The notes under the pieces: model-generated
Seen by the model: the letters and a program-made list of their open reading frames with translations, nothing else
Told to the model about the DNA's origin: nothing
Database searches by the model: none
Assembly (NCBI GenBank): GCA_963757855.1
Contig: CAVWTI010000037.1
Coordinates: 13,688-77,687 of the forward strand
From: an uncultured Gemmatimonadales bacterium
Lineage (GTDB): Bacteria > Gemmatimonadota > Gemmatimonadetes > Gemmatimonadales > Gemmatimonadaceae
Direction of reading: 5' to 3'
Length of the DNA: 64,000 nt
Translations under genes and position numbers: made by a program
Part shown: piece after piece, positions 31,648-40,628 of the stretch
How positions within the stretch are numbered: position 1 is the first letter of the stretch
Layout of the letters: each line of letters starts with the position of its first letter

Positions 31648-33357
31648 ATGAGTGACGCAACGCCGTCCGACACCGCTGAAAGCCTCTTCGCGGGACCTGG
31701 CGAAGCACGAGCCCTGTTGCGCGCCTTTGATTGGTCTACCACTCCGCTGGGTCCGGTGCGGGCATGGCCGCTGAGCCTGCAAACCACGGTGCGGACGCTG
31801 CTGGCGTCCAGGCAACCAATGTTCCTGTGGTGGGGACCTGAGTTCGTTCAACTCTATAACGACGCGTACCGTCCGAGCTTTGGTGACGGCGACCGGCATG
31901 TGCGGGCAATCGGGGCAAAGGGCCCCGAGTTCTGGACCGAGCTCTGGGAATTCGTTTTTCCGCAGATTGCCCAGGTCATGTCCGGCGGCGAGGCAACGTG
32001 GAACGAAGACCAGCTCGTCCCCATTCTGCGGAACGGGCGCCTCGAGGACGTGTGGTGGACGTACAGCTACGGCCCCGCGTACGACAATGAGGGCAAAGTC
32101 GCGGGCGTGCTGGTCGTGTGCCAGGAGACGACGGGCCGAGTGCTCTCGGATCGGTCGCTTGTCGCGCTGAACAAAGAGCTGGCGCTGGAGCGATCGCGGC
32201 TCGCGTACGCATTCGAGCAGGCGCCGGCGTTCGTCGCGATCCTCCGCGAGAATCCTTACGTCTTCGACTTCGCCAACGAGGCGTACTGCCAGCTCGTCGG
32301 CCGGCACGACCTAATCGGCCGTCAGGTCTTCGAGGTCGTGCCCGAGGCGGTCGAACAGGGATTCGGTTCGCTGCTGGACCAGGTCGTGGAGACGGGCGAG
32401 CCGTTCATCGGACGCGAGATGCCGATCCGGCTTGCACGGACGCCGGGCGCCCCGCTCGAGGAACGCATCCTCGATTTCGTGTACTTCCCGCTCGTCGAAG
32501 CGGATGGCGGCCGGAGCGGCGTCATTGTGCACGGGATCGATGTCACGGACCACGTGCGCGCACAGCGGGAGAGCGAGCGCGCGCGCGTCGAGGCGGAGTC
32601 GTCGCGAGCGTCGGCGATTTTGGCACACGAGGCCGAACGGCAGGCGCGCCAGGCCGCCGAAGCAGCCAATCGCGCAAAGAGCGAGTTTCTGGCGATCATG
32701 AGCCACGAGCTACGCACACCGCTCAATGCCATCGACGGATATGCGGAGCTTATGGAGCTGGGCATCCATGGGACGCTCACCGACGACCAGCGACAGGACC
32801 TGGAGCGGATTCGCAAGAGCCAGCGGCATCTGCTCGGGCTCATCAACGGGGTGTTGAACTACGCGCGCATCGAGGCAGGCGCCATTCGCTACGACGTCGG
32901 TGATGTCATCGTCGACGACGTGTTGGCGACCTGTGAGGCGCTCATTGCGCCGCAGGTGCGCTCCAAACGGCACGTGTTCGAATACACGGGTTGTGACCGA
33001 TCGCTGATCGTGCGGGCCGACGCCGAGAAGCTGCAGCAGATCGTGCTCAACATGTTGAGTAACGCCGTCAAGTTCACCGAGCCGGGTGGGCGACTCAGTA
33101 TGGGATGCACGGCGAGCGAAGAGGAGGTTCGCATCGCCGTGTCCGACACGGGTCGCGGGATCGCGGCCGACCAGATGGCGAGAGTGTTCGAGCCATTCGT
33201 TCAAGTCGACGTCCGGCTGATCCGCACCCAGGATGGCGTGGGGCTTGGCCTGGCGATCAGCCGCGATCTTGCGCGTGGCATGGGGGGCGACCTGACCGGG
33301 GAAAGCGCCCTCGGCGTCGGCACGCGGTTCACGCTCAGTTTGCCGCGCGTCGTGTAG
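31648..33357 (+). CDS. cytoplasmic PAS-domain sensor histidine kinase
   Basis: PAS-like segments (WSTTPLGPVRAWP...; FVAILRENPYVFDFANEAYCQLVG...). H box MSHELRTPLNAIDGYAELM. N box LSNAVKFT. DTGRGI. GVGLGLAISRDL. Confidence 0.88.
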   Translation: MSDATPSDTAESLFAGPGEARALLRAFDWSTTPLGPVRAWPLSLQTTVRTLLASRQPMFLWWGPEFVQLYNDAYRPSFGDGDRHVRAIGAKGPEFWTELWEFVFPQIAQVMSGGEATWNEDQLVPILRNGRLEDVWWTYSYGPAYDNEGKVAGVLVVCQETTGRVLSDRSLVALNKELALERSRLAYAFEQAPAFVAILRENPYVFDFANEAYCQLVGRHDLIGRQVFEVVPEAVEQGFGSLLDQVVETGEPFIGREMPIRLARTPGAPLEERILDFVYFPLVEADGGRSGVIVHGIDVTDHVRAQRESERARVEAESSRASAILAHEAERQARQAAEAANRAKSEFLAIMSHELRTPLNAIDGYAELMELGIHGTLTDDQRQDLERIRKSQRHLLGLINGVLNYARIEAGAIRYDVGDVIVDDVLATCEALIAPQVRSKRHVFEYTGCDRSLIVRADAEKLQQIVLNMLSNAVKFTEPGGRLSMGCTASEEEVRIAVSDTGRGIAADQMARVFEPFVQVDVRLIRTQDGVGLGLAISRDLARGMGGDLTGESALGVGTRFTLSLPRVV

Positions 33358-33363
33358 CTGGCG

Positions 33364-34368
33364 TCAGGGCCTACCCCGCGGCGCTCGGCGGATGCGCAGC
33401 ACGATGCGGCCAATGGGGTGTTTGTGCAGTCGTCGGTGCGCGTCGGCGGCGCGCGTGAGTGGAAAGGTGGCGGCAATCGGTACTCGCAGGCGCACGGCAT
33501 CCACCGTCCGGGCGAGTCGCGTCAGCTCTCGCACGCTGTTGCGGCCATCATAGCTCCGGAAGCGGATCCCGGACCTGCGCCGTGGCTCCGGCTCGATGCC
33601 ATTGGGGTAGGCGACCCGCCCGCCCCGAGGCACGAGCGCCAGACATCGCTCGAGCTCCTTCCCTCCGGCGAGCGCGAGGACCGCATCGATCCCGTCCGGG
33701 GCCAGGCGCGACAGCTTCTCCAGCACCTGTGGATCTCGCGCATCGACGACGGCTGCGGCGCCGAGGCGCCGGAGCACCGATTGCGCCCGGCGTCCCGTTG
33801 CCGTAGCGATCACGCGCGCGCCGCAATGCTTCGCGAATTGCACAGCCAGCGTGCCAAGCGCGCCGGAGGCGCCAAAGATCAGTACCGTCTCGCCGCGCCG
33901 GACGCCGAGGATGTCGTTGACCCCGCGTAACGCGGTTAGCCCCGGATAGACGACGGCCGCCGCCTCGAGAAAGTCGAGTCGCCGCGGCGCGCGGGCGACG
34001 TGCGCCTCGCTCACCGCGATGTATTGCGCGTAGTATCCGCCCTTGGTGTTTTCAGTCGATGCGGCGTACACGTGGTCCCCGATCCGGAGTCGCTTGACGC
34101 GTGCCCCTTTCGCCACGATCACACCCGCGCCGTCGCTCCCGATCACGAGTGGAAACCGGGTTCGGCCAATCTTCCACGAGCCGTCCCGTAGGGACTCGTC
34201 CCAAATGCCCACCCCGGCCGCCTGGAGCGCGATCAGGACTTCGTTCGGAGCGGGCTCCGGGACGGGAACTCGCCTGAGGTGCAGAACCGACGGTGGCCCG
34301 AACCGATCAATGACGGCTGCCGCCATCTCGGCCGCTGCCTTTGGTGACTCATGCGAGGATGTCGTCAT
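33364..34368 (-). CDS. NADPH:quinone oxidoreductase / zinc-type alcohol dehydrogenase (MDR) family
   Basis: ...VLHLRRVPVPEPAPNEVLIALQAAGVGIWD...GSDGAGVIVAKG...VLIFGASGALGTLAVQFAK. ATG at 34368. Confidence 0.8.
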   Translation of the reverse strand: MTTSSHESPKAAAEMAAAVIDRFGPPSVLHLRRVPVPEPAPNEVLIALQAAGVGIWDESLRDGSWKIGRTRFPLVIGSDGAGVIVAKGARVKRLRIGDHVYAASTENTKGGYYAQYIAVSEAHVARAPRRLDFLEAAAVVYPGLTALRGVNDILGVRRGETVLIFGASGALGTLAVQFAKHCGARVIATATGRRAQSVLRRLGAAAVVDARDPQVLEKLSRLAPDGIDAVLALAGGKELERCLALVPRGGRVAYPNGIEPEPRRRSGIRFRSYDGRNSVRELTRLARTVDAVRLRVPIAATFPLTRAADAHRRLHKHPIGRIVLRIRRAPRGRP

Positions 34369-34598
34369 GTGGCCTTCAATGTTCAAGTTTGACGCCACTA
34401 CCGTGAGAGGACGAACGACCCCTGCCGGGGTCGGTTACCGGAACGCTACGGCCGACTCATGCGCCAGTCCTACCCTGGATTACTTCACGAGCCGCGCTCG
34501 ATCGATGGCGATCACACGATCGTAGCCGCCCCGCACGGGCACAACTCGATGGTTGTCCCGTAGGTGATCACCGTTCTGCGCCTCTGAAAAACGCGAAA

Positions 34599-34625
34599 AC
34601 GGCCTGCCGAGAAGCGGCAGGCCGT
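34599..34625 (-). terminator. rho-independent terminator downstream of tRNA-Gly
   Basis: 11-bp perfect stem acggcctgccg / cggcaggccgt with a 5-nt loop. On the minus strand it is followed by ttttcgcgttttt. Confidence 0.7.
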
Positions 34626-34650
34626 TAATTAACGCTTCGTTCGCTGAAAG

Positions 34651-34723
<73 letters not shown>

Positions 34724-34840
34724 GTACGGTCGTAACTTATCGTCCACCCCTGACCCGACAAGGCCGCGTACGCTGGTCAGGCGTGCACGGCCTCTACCCG
34801 GCGATTGTTTGAGCGAACGCCTGGGCGATCGCCGGGGCGA

Positions 34841-35563
34841 TCAACCCGCCGGCTGAAACGGCGGCTGCTGCACCGGCGGCACGACGCCGAATGGCGCCGT
34901 TGTTCCATACGAGCCTGCATCCGGCTTGACCCCCTGCACCGGATCCGTTCCGAATGGAACCGCGCCGAGCACGCGCCAGTTGGCGGGGCGCGGCGGCGCA
35001 TCCGGTCCGGCGCCATGATACCGGGAGCGAACAACGGGCGCCGGCGTGCCGTCGGGAGTCAGGTCAGCCGGTGCATGGAGCGCGACATCTCCGCCCGACA
35101 CATTTTCGACGACCGTCGCGACCACGACGGATTGCGCGGGCGGAGTCACCAATGCTGCCGCGATCGCGGATTGTGCGACTCCAATCGAGCGAAGTGCGCC
35201 ACCGATCGCCTTCTGATAGCCACCCTTCGCGAAATCGGCGGACGCAAGCCGGAACGCCACGGCCGACGCATGCGCCAGCTCCGACGCCCGGTGCGCGCTC
35301 GCGGGATCGGTCGCGGCAGCCGGTGCCTCGCGCGCCATCGCGACGAGCGCCGACGCGCGATCGAGACTCGCCCGGGCCCGGCTCCGAAGTACGTCCTGCG
35401 GAATCGCCACAGACCCGTGCGCCGCGGGCGGCGTCCCCATATCGGTTTGTGCCTTGGCAAGAACTGGGAGCACCGACGCCGCGATCAGTGCCGCCAAGGG
35501 ATGCAGTTGCAGTCGCACAGGACCTCCCGCCAAGAGGATTCGCCAACCGGACCCTGCGAACAT
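34841..35563 (-). CDS. secreted hypothetical protein
   Basis: MFAGSGWRILLAGGPVRLQLHPLAALIAASVLPVLAKAQT (signal peptide), an Ala-rich helical middle and a Pro-rich C-terminus. Start is uncertain (alternatives 35518 GTG, 35590). Confidence 0.45.
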   Translation of the reverse strand: MFAGSGWRILLAGGPVRLQLHPLAALIAASVLPVLAKAQTDMGTPPAAHGSVAIPQDVLRSRARASLDRASALVAMAREAPAAATDPASAHRASELAHASAVAFRLASADFAKGGYQKAIGGALRSIGVAQSAIAAALVTPPAQSVVVATVVENVSGGDVALHAPADLTPDGTPAPVVRSRYHGAGPDAPPRPANWRVLGAVPFGTDPVQGVKPDAGSYGTTAPFGVVPPVQQPPFQPAG

Positions 35564-35670
35564 GTACCGTGAACAACCCACCGAGTACATGTGCAGGAAG
35601 TTGGCCGTGACGGACCGCGCCGCACCCGATACAACTCCAGGGCGCGGCGGGGTGCCGCCTCCTCGAAATA

Positions 35671-36625
35671 TTATGGCTGAGGCTGCCCTATTGCCAGTTG
35701 GGCCAGCCCGCGAAGTCCACGCCCGCGCGACACCACCGCAGTACGGCGCGCCTGCGCCCCCCCTCCCAGCCCCTCGGCGGCCAGCCCGAGGATGCACTCA
35801 TGGAGGGTGCGGATATCCGAGCCGCTTTTCGCGCATGGAGGCAAGAGGCTCGTCACCACGGCCGGGCGGGCACCCCAGGCCATTCGGATCACGGCAGGAT
35901 CCACCGACCCGGCGTGCGAAGGCAGCCCTATCACGGCCGCCAATGCCACCAAATCCTCAACCGGGATAATCGCGGAATCCGGAATCCATGGGAGCAAGAG
36001 GGTCACGGCCAGTGGCGGACCGCCGCCCGGGGCGGCGATCACGATGAGCCGGCTGGGTGGGGAGAGCCGCGCGCTTGCTTGCGCAAGAACACGCGCGGCG
36101 GGTCCGGCGCCGAATGGCACGCCTCCTGAGTGCAATGCCACTGCTCCCCCACCGACAGCGACGAACGCAACCGGCCTACCTGTCCCATCGTCGAGCCCTG
36201 CGAGGGCGTGCCGTGCCTGGCCGCGCCATCGTCTCCGGCACCGCATGAATGTGATGCGTGATCCTCCACACGATGCTCGTACCATCGAACGCGAGATCGG
36301 TGAATGTCACCTGTGTCCTCCATCGAGATCCGCATCACGCGCCGGCCGGCGCCTTGTCACATCGTGTTACCTCGTGCAACCTCGGAGGGCGACGGCGTAT
36401 CGCCGCCCTTCGTGCGAATTCGGGCCGAAAACACCACCCGAAGCGACGGTCACCCACACGTGTCCACCGCTCGTGTGCATGATAGACCGCCCACGTTCGG
36501 CGGGCGAGAGCGCCCACCCCGCGGAAGTGCCTGTTCATCTCGTCAATCCGCGAGTCGATCCCGTGTTTGAGCGCGTCCAGATCGTCCAGTGGTGACAGCA
36601 CGCAATCCGCAGCCTCATATTCCAT
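35671..36625 (-). CDS. hypothetical protein, at least 3 frameshifts
   Basis: MEYEAADCVLSPLDDLDALKHGIDSRIDEMNRHFRGV... (36335..36625), QVTFTDLAFDGTSIVWRITHHIHAVPE (other frame), ...GRPVAFVAVGGGAVALHSGGVPFGAGPAARVL...LIVIAAPGGGPPLAVTLLLPWIPDSAIIPVEDLVAL (35671..36285). I do not recognise the family. Confidence 0.3.
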
Positions 36626-36710
36626 TCACCTCTTCGCGCTGAGTGCTGTGACTGGAATCCGTGTGATCGAGCCGCCAGGGACGCCGACTGTCCGTCCCGT
36701 TCTCCCCGAC

Positions 36711-37862
36711 ATGACGCGGGGAGAGTGGGCGATGGTCGCGGGACTGCAGCTCGTGTACGAGCTCGCGTCGCTGCGCCCGATCATCACATCGAATCGCGCC
36801 GCCGGCGTCCCCCTCGCGCTGTCGCACGCCATTGTGCTCGGCGCCGTGGATGGATGTCTCTGGCTGCTGCTGCTTCCCGCGATCTTCGCGGCATTCGACC
36901 GTACGCCGATTCGCCGGGGGCAGATCGGCCGGCACGCGGTCGCGCGCGTCGCGGTCGCGGTCGCGGCGATGGCGGTGCAGGCCGCCGCGCTCGTCGGCAT
37001 TCTCATCGCCGCTGGCGGATTCAGTGACCTCGGACTTTTCGTGCGCACGTCGCCGCTGCTCAATTTCGGTTATGAGTTCGAGACCAACGTCACGAACATG
37101 CTGATGATCGCACTCGCGTACGCGGTCCTGCTTCGCGTCCACGCCGTGCGCCACGAACATCGCGTCGCGTCGGCTTTGCAGCTGTCGCTCGCCGAGGCAC
37201 GGTTGCATGCGCTCACCGTCGAGCTGCAGCCGCACTTCCTGTTCAATACCCTGAACGGCATTGCGGCGCTGGTGCGCGATGAGCCGGAGACGGCCGAGGC
37301 GATGCTGATCCGCCTCAGCGATCTCCTGCGCCTGACGCTGGGCGTCGGCCATCCGGCCGAGATCTCGCTGGCGGATGAGCTGGAGCGGCTCGCGATGTAT
37401 CTCGACATCCAGCAAATGCGGTTCGGTCCGCGGCTCACCATTCACGTCGACGTGGATCCCGACGTGGTGTCCGCGGCCGTTCCGCCGCTGGTGCTCCAGC
37501 CACTGGTCGAAAACGCCCTGACACACGGGCTGGCGCCGCGGCGCGGTCCGGGGCGCCTCGCAGTGAGTTGCCAACGGCGCGCGGACTGGTTGGTGCTCTC
37601 GGTCGAGGACGACGGCGCGGGGTTACCGCCCGCGGGCGACGTGCGTGAAGGGACGGGGATCGGCAACACGCGCGCGCGGCTCTCGGCGATGTTCGGAGAC
37701 TACTACCGGCTGGAGCTGAGCCCGCGGCCGAATGGCGGGACGCTGGTGCGCGCGACGGTGCCCTATCGTCACGTGGCTGGCGACGCGCGCCCGGCACTCA
37801 TCCGCCATTCGCCGAGCGTGGGCATCCGCCCGGCGGCGGATGCGGCGGAGCCGGCCGCATGA
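36711..37862 (+). CDS. LytS/YehU-type sensor histidine kinase
   Basis: Membrane N-terminal half, then LHALTVELQPHFLFNTLNGIAALVRDEP (His_kinase motif), ...LVLQPLVENALTHG..., EDDGAGL, GIGNTRARL. Confidence 0.85.
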   Translation: MTRGEWAMVAGLQLVYELASLRPIITSNRAAGVPLALSHAIVLGAVDGCLWLLLLPAIFAAFDRTPIRRGQIGRHAVARVAVAVAAMAVQAAALVGILIAAGGFSDLGLFVRTSPLLNFGYEFETNVTNMLMIALAYAVLLRVHAVRHEHRVASALQLSLAEARLHALTVELQPHFLFNTLNGIAALVRDEPETAEAMLIRLSDLLRLTLGVGHPAEISLADELERLAMYLDIQQMRFGPRLTIHVDVDPDVVSAAVPPLVLQPLVENALTHGLAPRRGPGRLAVSCQRRADWLVLSVEDDGAGLPPAGDVREGTGIGNTRARLSAMFGDYYRLELSPRPNGGTLVRATVPYRHVAGDARPALIRHSPSVGIRPAADAAEPAA

Positions 37863-37884
37863 ACAGGCTGCTGCCTTGACCGCG

Positions 37885-38628
37885 ATGCGTGTCGTGCTGG
37901 TGGACGACGAGCCGCTAGCGCTCCGGCGGCTTCGCGCGATGCTCGCGAAACACGAGGACGTCGAGGTCCTCGCGGAGTGCGAGGACGCCGCCGTGGCCAT
38001 CGAAGCCATGCGGACGAGCAAGCCGGATGTCGTGTTCCTCGACATCCAGATGCCGGAGGTCGACGGCTTTCAGTTGCTCGAGGCACTCACGGTCGTACCG
38101 GCGCCGGTCCTGATCTTCGTGACCGCGCACGCCGAGCACGCGGTGCGTGCGTTCGACGCCGACGCGGCGGACTACCTGCTCAAGCCATTCGACCAGACGC
38201 GGTTGTCACGGGCGCTGGACCGCGCGCGCACGGCACTCACGGTGGATCGCGGCGCCACGCTCGGGAATGATCTGCGGGAAGTGCTCGCGTCGCTGCGCGG
38301 CCGTTCGAAGTACCTGGAGCGCGTGGCCGTGCAGATCGGACGGCGCACGATCTTCGTGAAGTCGGTGAGCATCGACTGGATCGAAGCGGACGGGAACTAC
38401 CTGCATCTCCATGTCGGGCGCCAGCAATACGTGATCCGTTCGGGGCTTGGCATCCTGGAGTCGCAGCTCGATCCCGCGCAGTTTGCGCGCGTGCACCGCT
38501 CGGCGATCGTCAACCTGGATCGGGTGCAGGAGCTGCGGACCGTGGCGCCGGGGGAGTACCGGGTGGTCCTCACCGACGGCACCGATCTTTCGGTGAGCCG
38601 CGGGTACCGCGACCGCCTGCCGCGGTAG
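37885..38628 (+). CDS. LytTR-family response regulator
   Basis: MRVVLVDDEPLALRRLRAML...KPDVVFLDIQMPEVDGFQLL (receiver domain). ...IFVKSVSIDWIEADGNYLHLHVGRQQYVIRSGLGILESQLDPAQFARVHRSAIVNLDRV (LytTR domain). Confidence 0.9.
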   Translation: MRVVLVDDEPLALRRLRAMLAKHEDVEVLAECEDAAVAIEAMRTSKPDVVFLDIQMPEVDGFQLLEALTVVPAPVLIFVTAHAEHAVRAFDADAADYLLKPFDQTRLSRALDRARTALTVDRGATLGNDLREVLASLRGRSKYLERVAVQIGRRTIFVKSVSIDWIEADGNYLHLHVGRQQYVIRSGLGILESQLDPAQFARVHRSAIVNLDRVQELRTVAPGEYRVVLTDGTDLSVSRGYRDRLPR

Positions 38629-38697
38629 CGCCGTCGGGGATACCGAGACCGCTTGCCGCGATAGGCCAGACCCGGCTGGCCAGCGACCGACGTACAG

Positions 38698-38769
38698 AGC
38701 CACAGAAGGGACTTGAACCCTTGACCGCCCGATTACGAATCGGGTGCTCTACCACTGAGCTACTGTGGC
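38698..38769 (-). tRNA. tRNA-Thr (CGT)
   Basis: GCCACAGTAGCTCAGTGGTAGAGCACCCGATTCGTAATCGGGCGGTCAAGGGTTCAAGTCCCTTCTGTGGCT. Anticodon loop TTCGTAA. Confidence 0.9.
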
Positions 38770-38850
38770 GGGGTAATCCGTGTGCCGTTTCTGGCACCCG
38801 CCTCGCTTCCCTTCCGGCGCTCCTGGGCCGCGACCGGCGACCCCCTGACA

Positions 38851-38932
38851 TGCCCTGGCGCGGACTCGAACCGCGACGCCTTGCGGCACCACCCCCTCAA
38901 GATGGCGTGTCTACCAATTTCACCACCAGGGC
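38851..38932 (-). tRNA. tRNA-Leu (GAG), long variable arm
   Basis: GCCCTGGTGGTGAAATTGGTAGACACGCCATCTTGAGGGGGTGGTGCCGCAAGGCGTCGCGGTTCGAGTCCGCGCCAGGGCA. Anticodon loop TTGAGGG. Confidence 0.88.
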
Positions 38933-38954
38933 GCTCACTGCTGTCTCGTACGGT

Positions 38955-38992
38955 GTTGCGGCTGCTCGTTGCGGCTGCTCGTTGCTGCTGCC
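38955..38992. repeat. ~3 x 13-bp tandem repeat (gttgcggctgctc) in the tRNA-Leu/tRNA-Asp spacer
   Basis: gttgcggctgctc gttgcggctgctc gttgctgctgcc, read directly. Confidence 0.85.
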
Positions 38993-38998
38993 TTATGA

Positions 38999-39072
38999 CG
39001 GGACTGACGGGGCTCGAACCCGCGACCTCCGGTGTGACAGACCGGCACTCTAACCAGCTGAGCTACAGTCCC
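38999..39072 (-). tRNA. tRNA-Asp (GTC)
   Basis: GGGACTGTAGCTCAGCTGGTTAGAGTGCCGGTCTGTCACACCGGAGGTCGCGGGTTCGAGCCCCGTCAGTCCCG. Anticodon loop CTGTCAC. Confidence 0.9.
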
Positions 39073-39086
39073 CTATTCGCCAACTC

Positions 39087-39142
39087 CTGCACTGCCCTTG
39101 CTGCACTGTCCTTGCTGCACTGTCCTTGCTGCACCGCCTTCG
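39087..39142. repeat. 4 x 14-bp tandem repeat (ctgcactgtccttg) in the tRNA-Asp/tRNA-Glu spacer
   Basis: ctgcactgcccttg ctgcactgtccttg ctgcactgtccttg ctgcaccgccttcg. Confidence 0.9.
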
Positions 39143-39221
39143 CGCATTGCCTGACTTAAGACGGTGTCTCGACGCGCACCTGCCGTCCTGCGCCTGAATG
39201 CCGGCACCTGGCTTCCTGCAG

Positions 39222-39293
39222 TAGCCCCAACGGGAATCGAACCCGTCTCTCCACCTTGAAAGGGTGACGTCCTAACCGATAGACGATGGGGCC
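39222..39293 (-). tRNA. tRNA-Glu (TTC)
   Basis: GGCCCCATCGTCTATCGGTTAGGACGTCACCCTTTCAAGGTGGAGAGACGGGTTCGATTCCCGTTGGGGCTA. Anticodon loop CTTTCAA. Confidence 0.88.
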
Positions 39294-39327
39294 GTACACC
39301 CCAGGCGCTCGTTCCCGACTCCCAACA

Positions 39328-39400
39328 TAGCGGTAACGGGATTCGAACCCGTGTTTGAGCCTTGAGAGGGCTCCGTCCTAGTCCCCTAGACGATACCGCC
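39328..39400 (-). tRNA. tRNA-Glu (CTC)
   Basis: GGCGGTATCGTCTAGGGGACTAGGACGGAGCCCTCTCAAGGCTCAAACACGGGTTCGAATCCCGTTACCGCTA. Anticodon loop CTCTCAA. Confidence 0.88.
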
Positions 39401-39436
39401 CGCGGTTCCCCCACGACGACCGCCCGTGCCAACCAT

Positions 39437-39490
39437 CACAACCCATCATCCACAACCCATCATCACAGCCGATCATCACAGCCGATCATC
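39437..39490. repeat. 2 x 14-bp + 2 x 13-bp tandem repeats in the tRNA-Glu/tRNA-Trp spacer
   Basis: cacaacccatcatc cacaacccatcatc acagccgatcatc acagccgatcatc. Confidence 0.9.
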
Positions 39491-39548
39491 ACCACCCAGC
39501 AGCCAACGAGCCACATGCCTCACCCAGCCCATCCGATCGAGCGCCACA

Positions 39549-39621
39549 CAGGCCCGGAGGGACTTGAACCCCCAACCGCCGGTTTTGGAGACCGGTGCTC
39601 TACCAATTGAGCTACGGACCT
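39549..39621 (-). tRNA. tRNA-Trp (CCA)
   Basis: AGGTCCGTAGCTCAATTGGTAGAGCACCGGTCTCCAAAACCGGCGGTTGGGGGTTCAAGTCCCTCCGGGCCTG. Anticodon loop CTCCAAA. Confidence 0.9.
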
Positions 39622-39635
39622 ACTTCCGCGTTCAG

Positions 39636-39710
39636 GGTGACTGATGGGAATTGAACCCACAACCCCCGGAGCCACAGTCCGGTGCTCTAACCAATTGAGC
39701 TACAGTCACC
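39636..39710 (-). tRNA. tRNA-His (GTG) with encoded G-1
   Basis: G-GTGACTGTAGCTCAATTGGTTAGAGCACCGGACTGTGGCTCCGGGGGTTGTGGGTTCAATTCCCATCAGTCACC. Anticodon loop CTGTGGC. Confidence 0.9.
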
Positions 39711-39848
39711 AGGGAAAGCCGGGACGCGCCAGTCCACGCCGGAGCCCACCCATCATAATTCCGCCCCACCCTCGAATCAATCACGCCGCGCTCACGCAGT
39801 TCCCGCCGGACTCATCGCTGCCCAGCGCGAGCAGCCCTGCGTGACCGA

Positions 39849-40418
39849 TCACTTCGCGCGGTCGACGTACTCCCCGGTCGCTGGATTGACTCGGACCTTC
39901 TCCCCGGTGCTGATGAACTCGGGCACGTTGACCGTGACACCGTTCTCCAGCTTCGCCGGTTTCGTCGACGCCGTCTTCGTGGCGCTCCGCATCACCGGCG
40001 CGGTGTCGGTGACTTCCAGCGTCAACGAGTTCGGGAGCTGGATCCCGATCGGCCGCCCATCATAGTACTCGGCCTGGATCCGCATTCCCGGCTGCATCCA
40101 CTGCGCGTTGTCGCCGAGTGCCTCGTCGTCCATCTCGATCTGATCGTAGTTGTCGGTATTCATGAAGTGGTACGTGCCACCGCCCGAATACAGAAACTCG
40201 AGGTCCTGCGTCTCCATCGACGCCCGCTCGATGGAATCGGCGGCGCGGAACCAATGCTCGAAGCTCGACCCGCTGCGCAAGTTCTTCAGCTTGGCCTGCA
40301 CCATCGCCCGCAAATTGCCAGGCGTGTGATGGCGGAACTCGATGACGCGACAGGGATCGCCTTCAAACACCAACACCATCCCGCGCCGGATTTGCGTCGC
40401 CGGCATGGCCATAGTCAA
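39849..40418 (-). CDS. efp: translation elongation factor P
   Basis: MAMPATQIRRGMVLVFEGDPCRVIEFRHHTPGNLRAMVQAKLKNLRSG...YDGRPIGIQLPNSLTLEVTDTAP...KPAKLENGVTVNVPEFISTGEKVRVNPATGEYVDRAK*. Collinear with EF-P over its full length. Confidence 0.92.
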   Translation of the reverse strand: MTMAMPATQIRRGMVLVFEGDPCRVIEFRHHTPGNLRAMVQAKLKNLRSGSSFEHWFRAADSIERASMETQDLEFLYSGGGTYHFMNTDNYDQIEMDDEALGDNAQWMQPGMRIQAEYYDGRPIGIQLPNSLTLEVTDTAPVMRSATKTASTKPAKLENGVTVNVPEFISTGEKVRVNPATGEYVDRAK

Positions 40419-40538
40419 AACCTTGTTGGCAGGGTAGGAACGGCTAAACAGATACAGCCTCGTATTTTAACTCCACCCGCTGCCCACGGTCAACAGAGGT
40501 GTGCGGCATGCGACGGGGGCGGTGACGCGGCGGCATCC

Positions 40539-40566
40539 GTAGGGGCCGGTCGCGACCGGCCCCTAC
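40539..40566 (-). terminator. 28-bp perfect palindrome downstream of the tesA-like gene (possible terminator)
   Basis: gtaggggccggtcg|cgaccggcccctac. It is followed at 40570-40596 by a direct duplication of ggtcgtccccgt spaced 15 bp apart. Confidence 0.45.
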
Positions 40567-40628
40567 CAAGGTCGTCCCCGTTGCGGTCGTCCCCGTCGCC
40601 AGCCCCGGCTCGTGGGTCTGCCTCTGGC

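Noticed and set aside
39087-39490. Possible CRISPR array among the tRNA spacers
   Set aside because: The repeat units are only 13-14 bp and directly abut each other with no unique spacers. Each cluster has a different unit, and there are no cas genes in the window.
38570-39844. ORFs across the tRNA array (e.g. 38570..38851, 38721..39053, 39073..39432, 39362..39610, 39426..39644, 39644..39844), including His/Thr-rich peptides from the spacer repeats
   Set aside because: They overlap hand-foldable tRNA genes or simply translate the tandem repeats.
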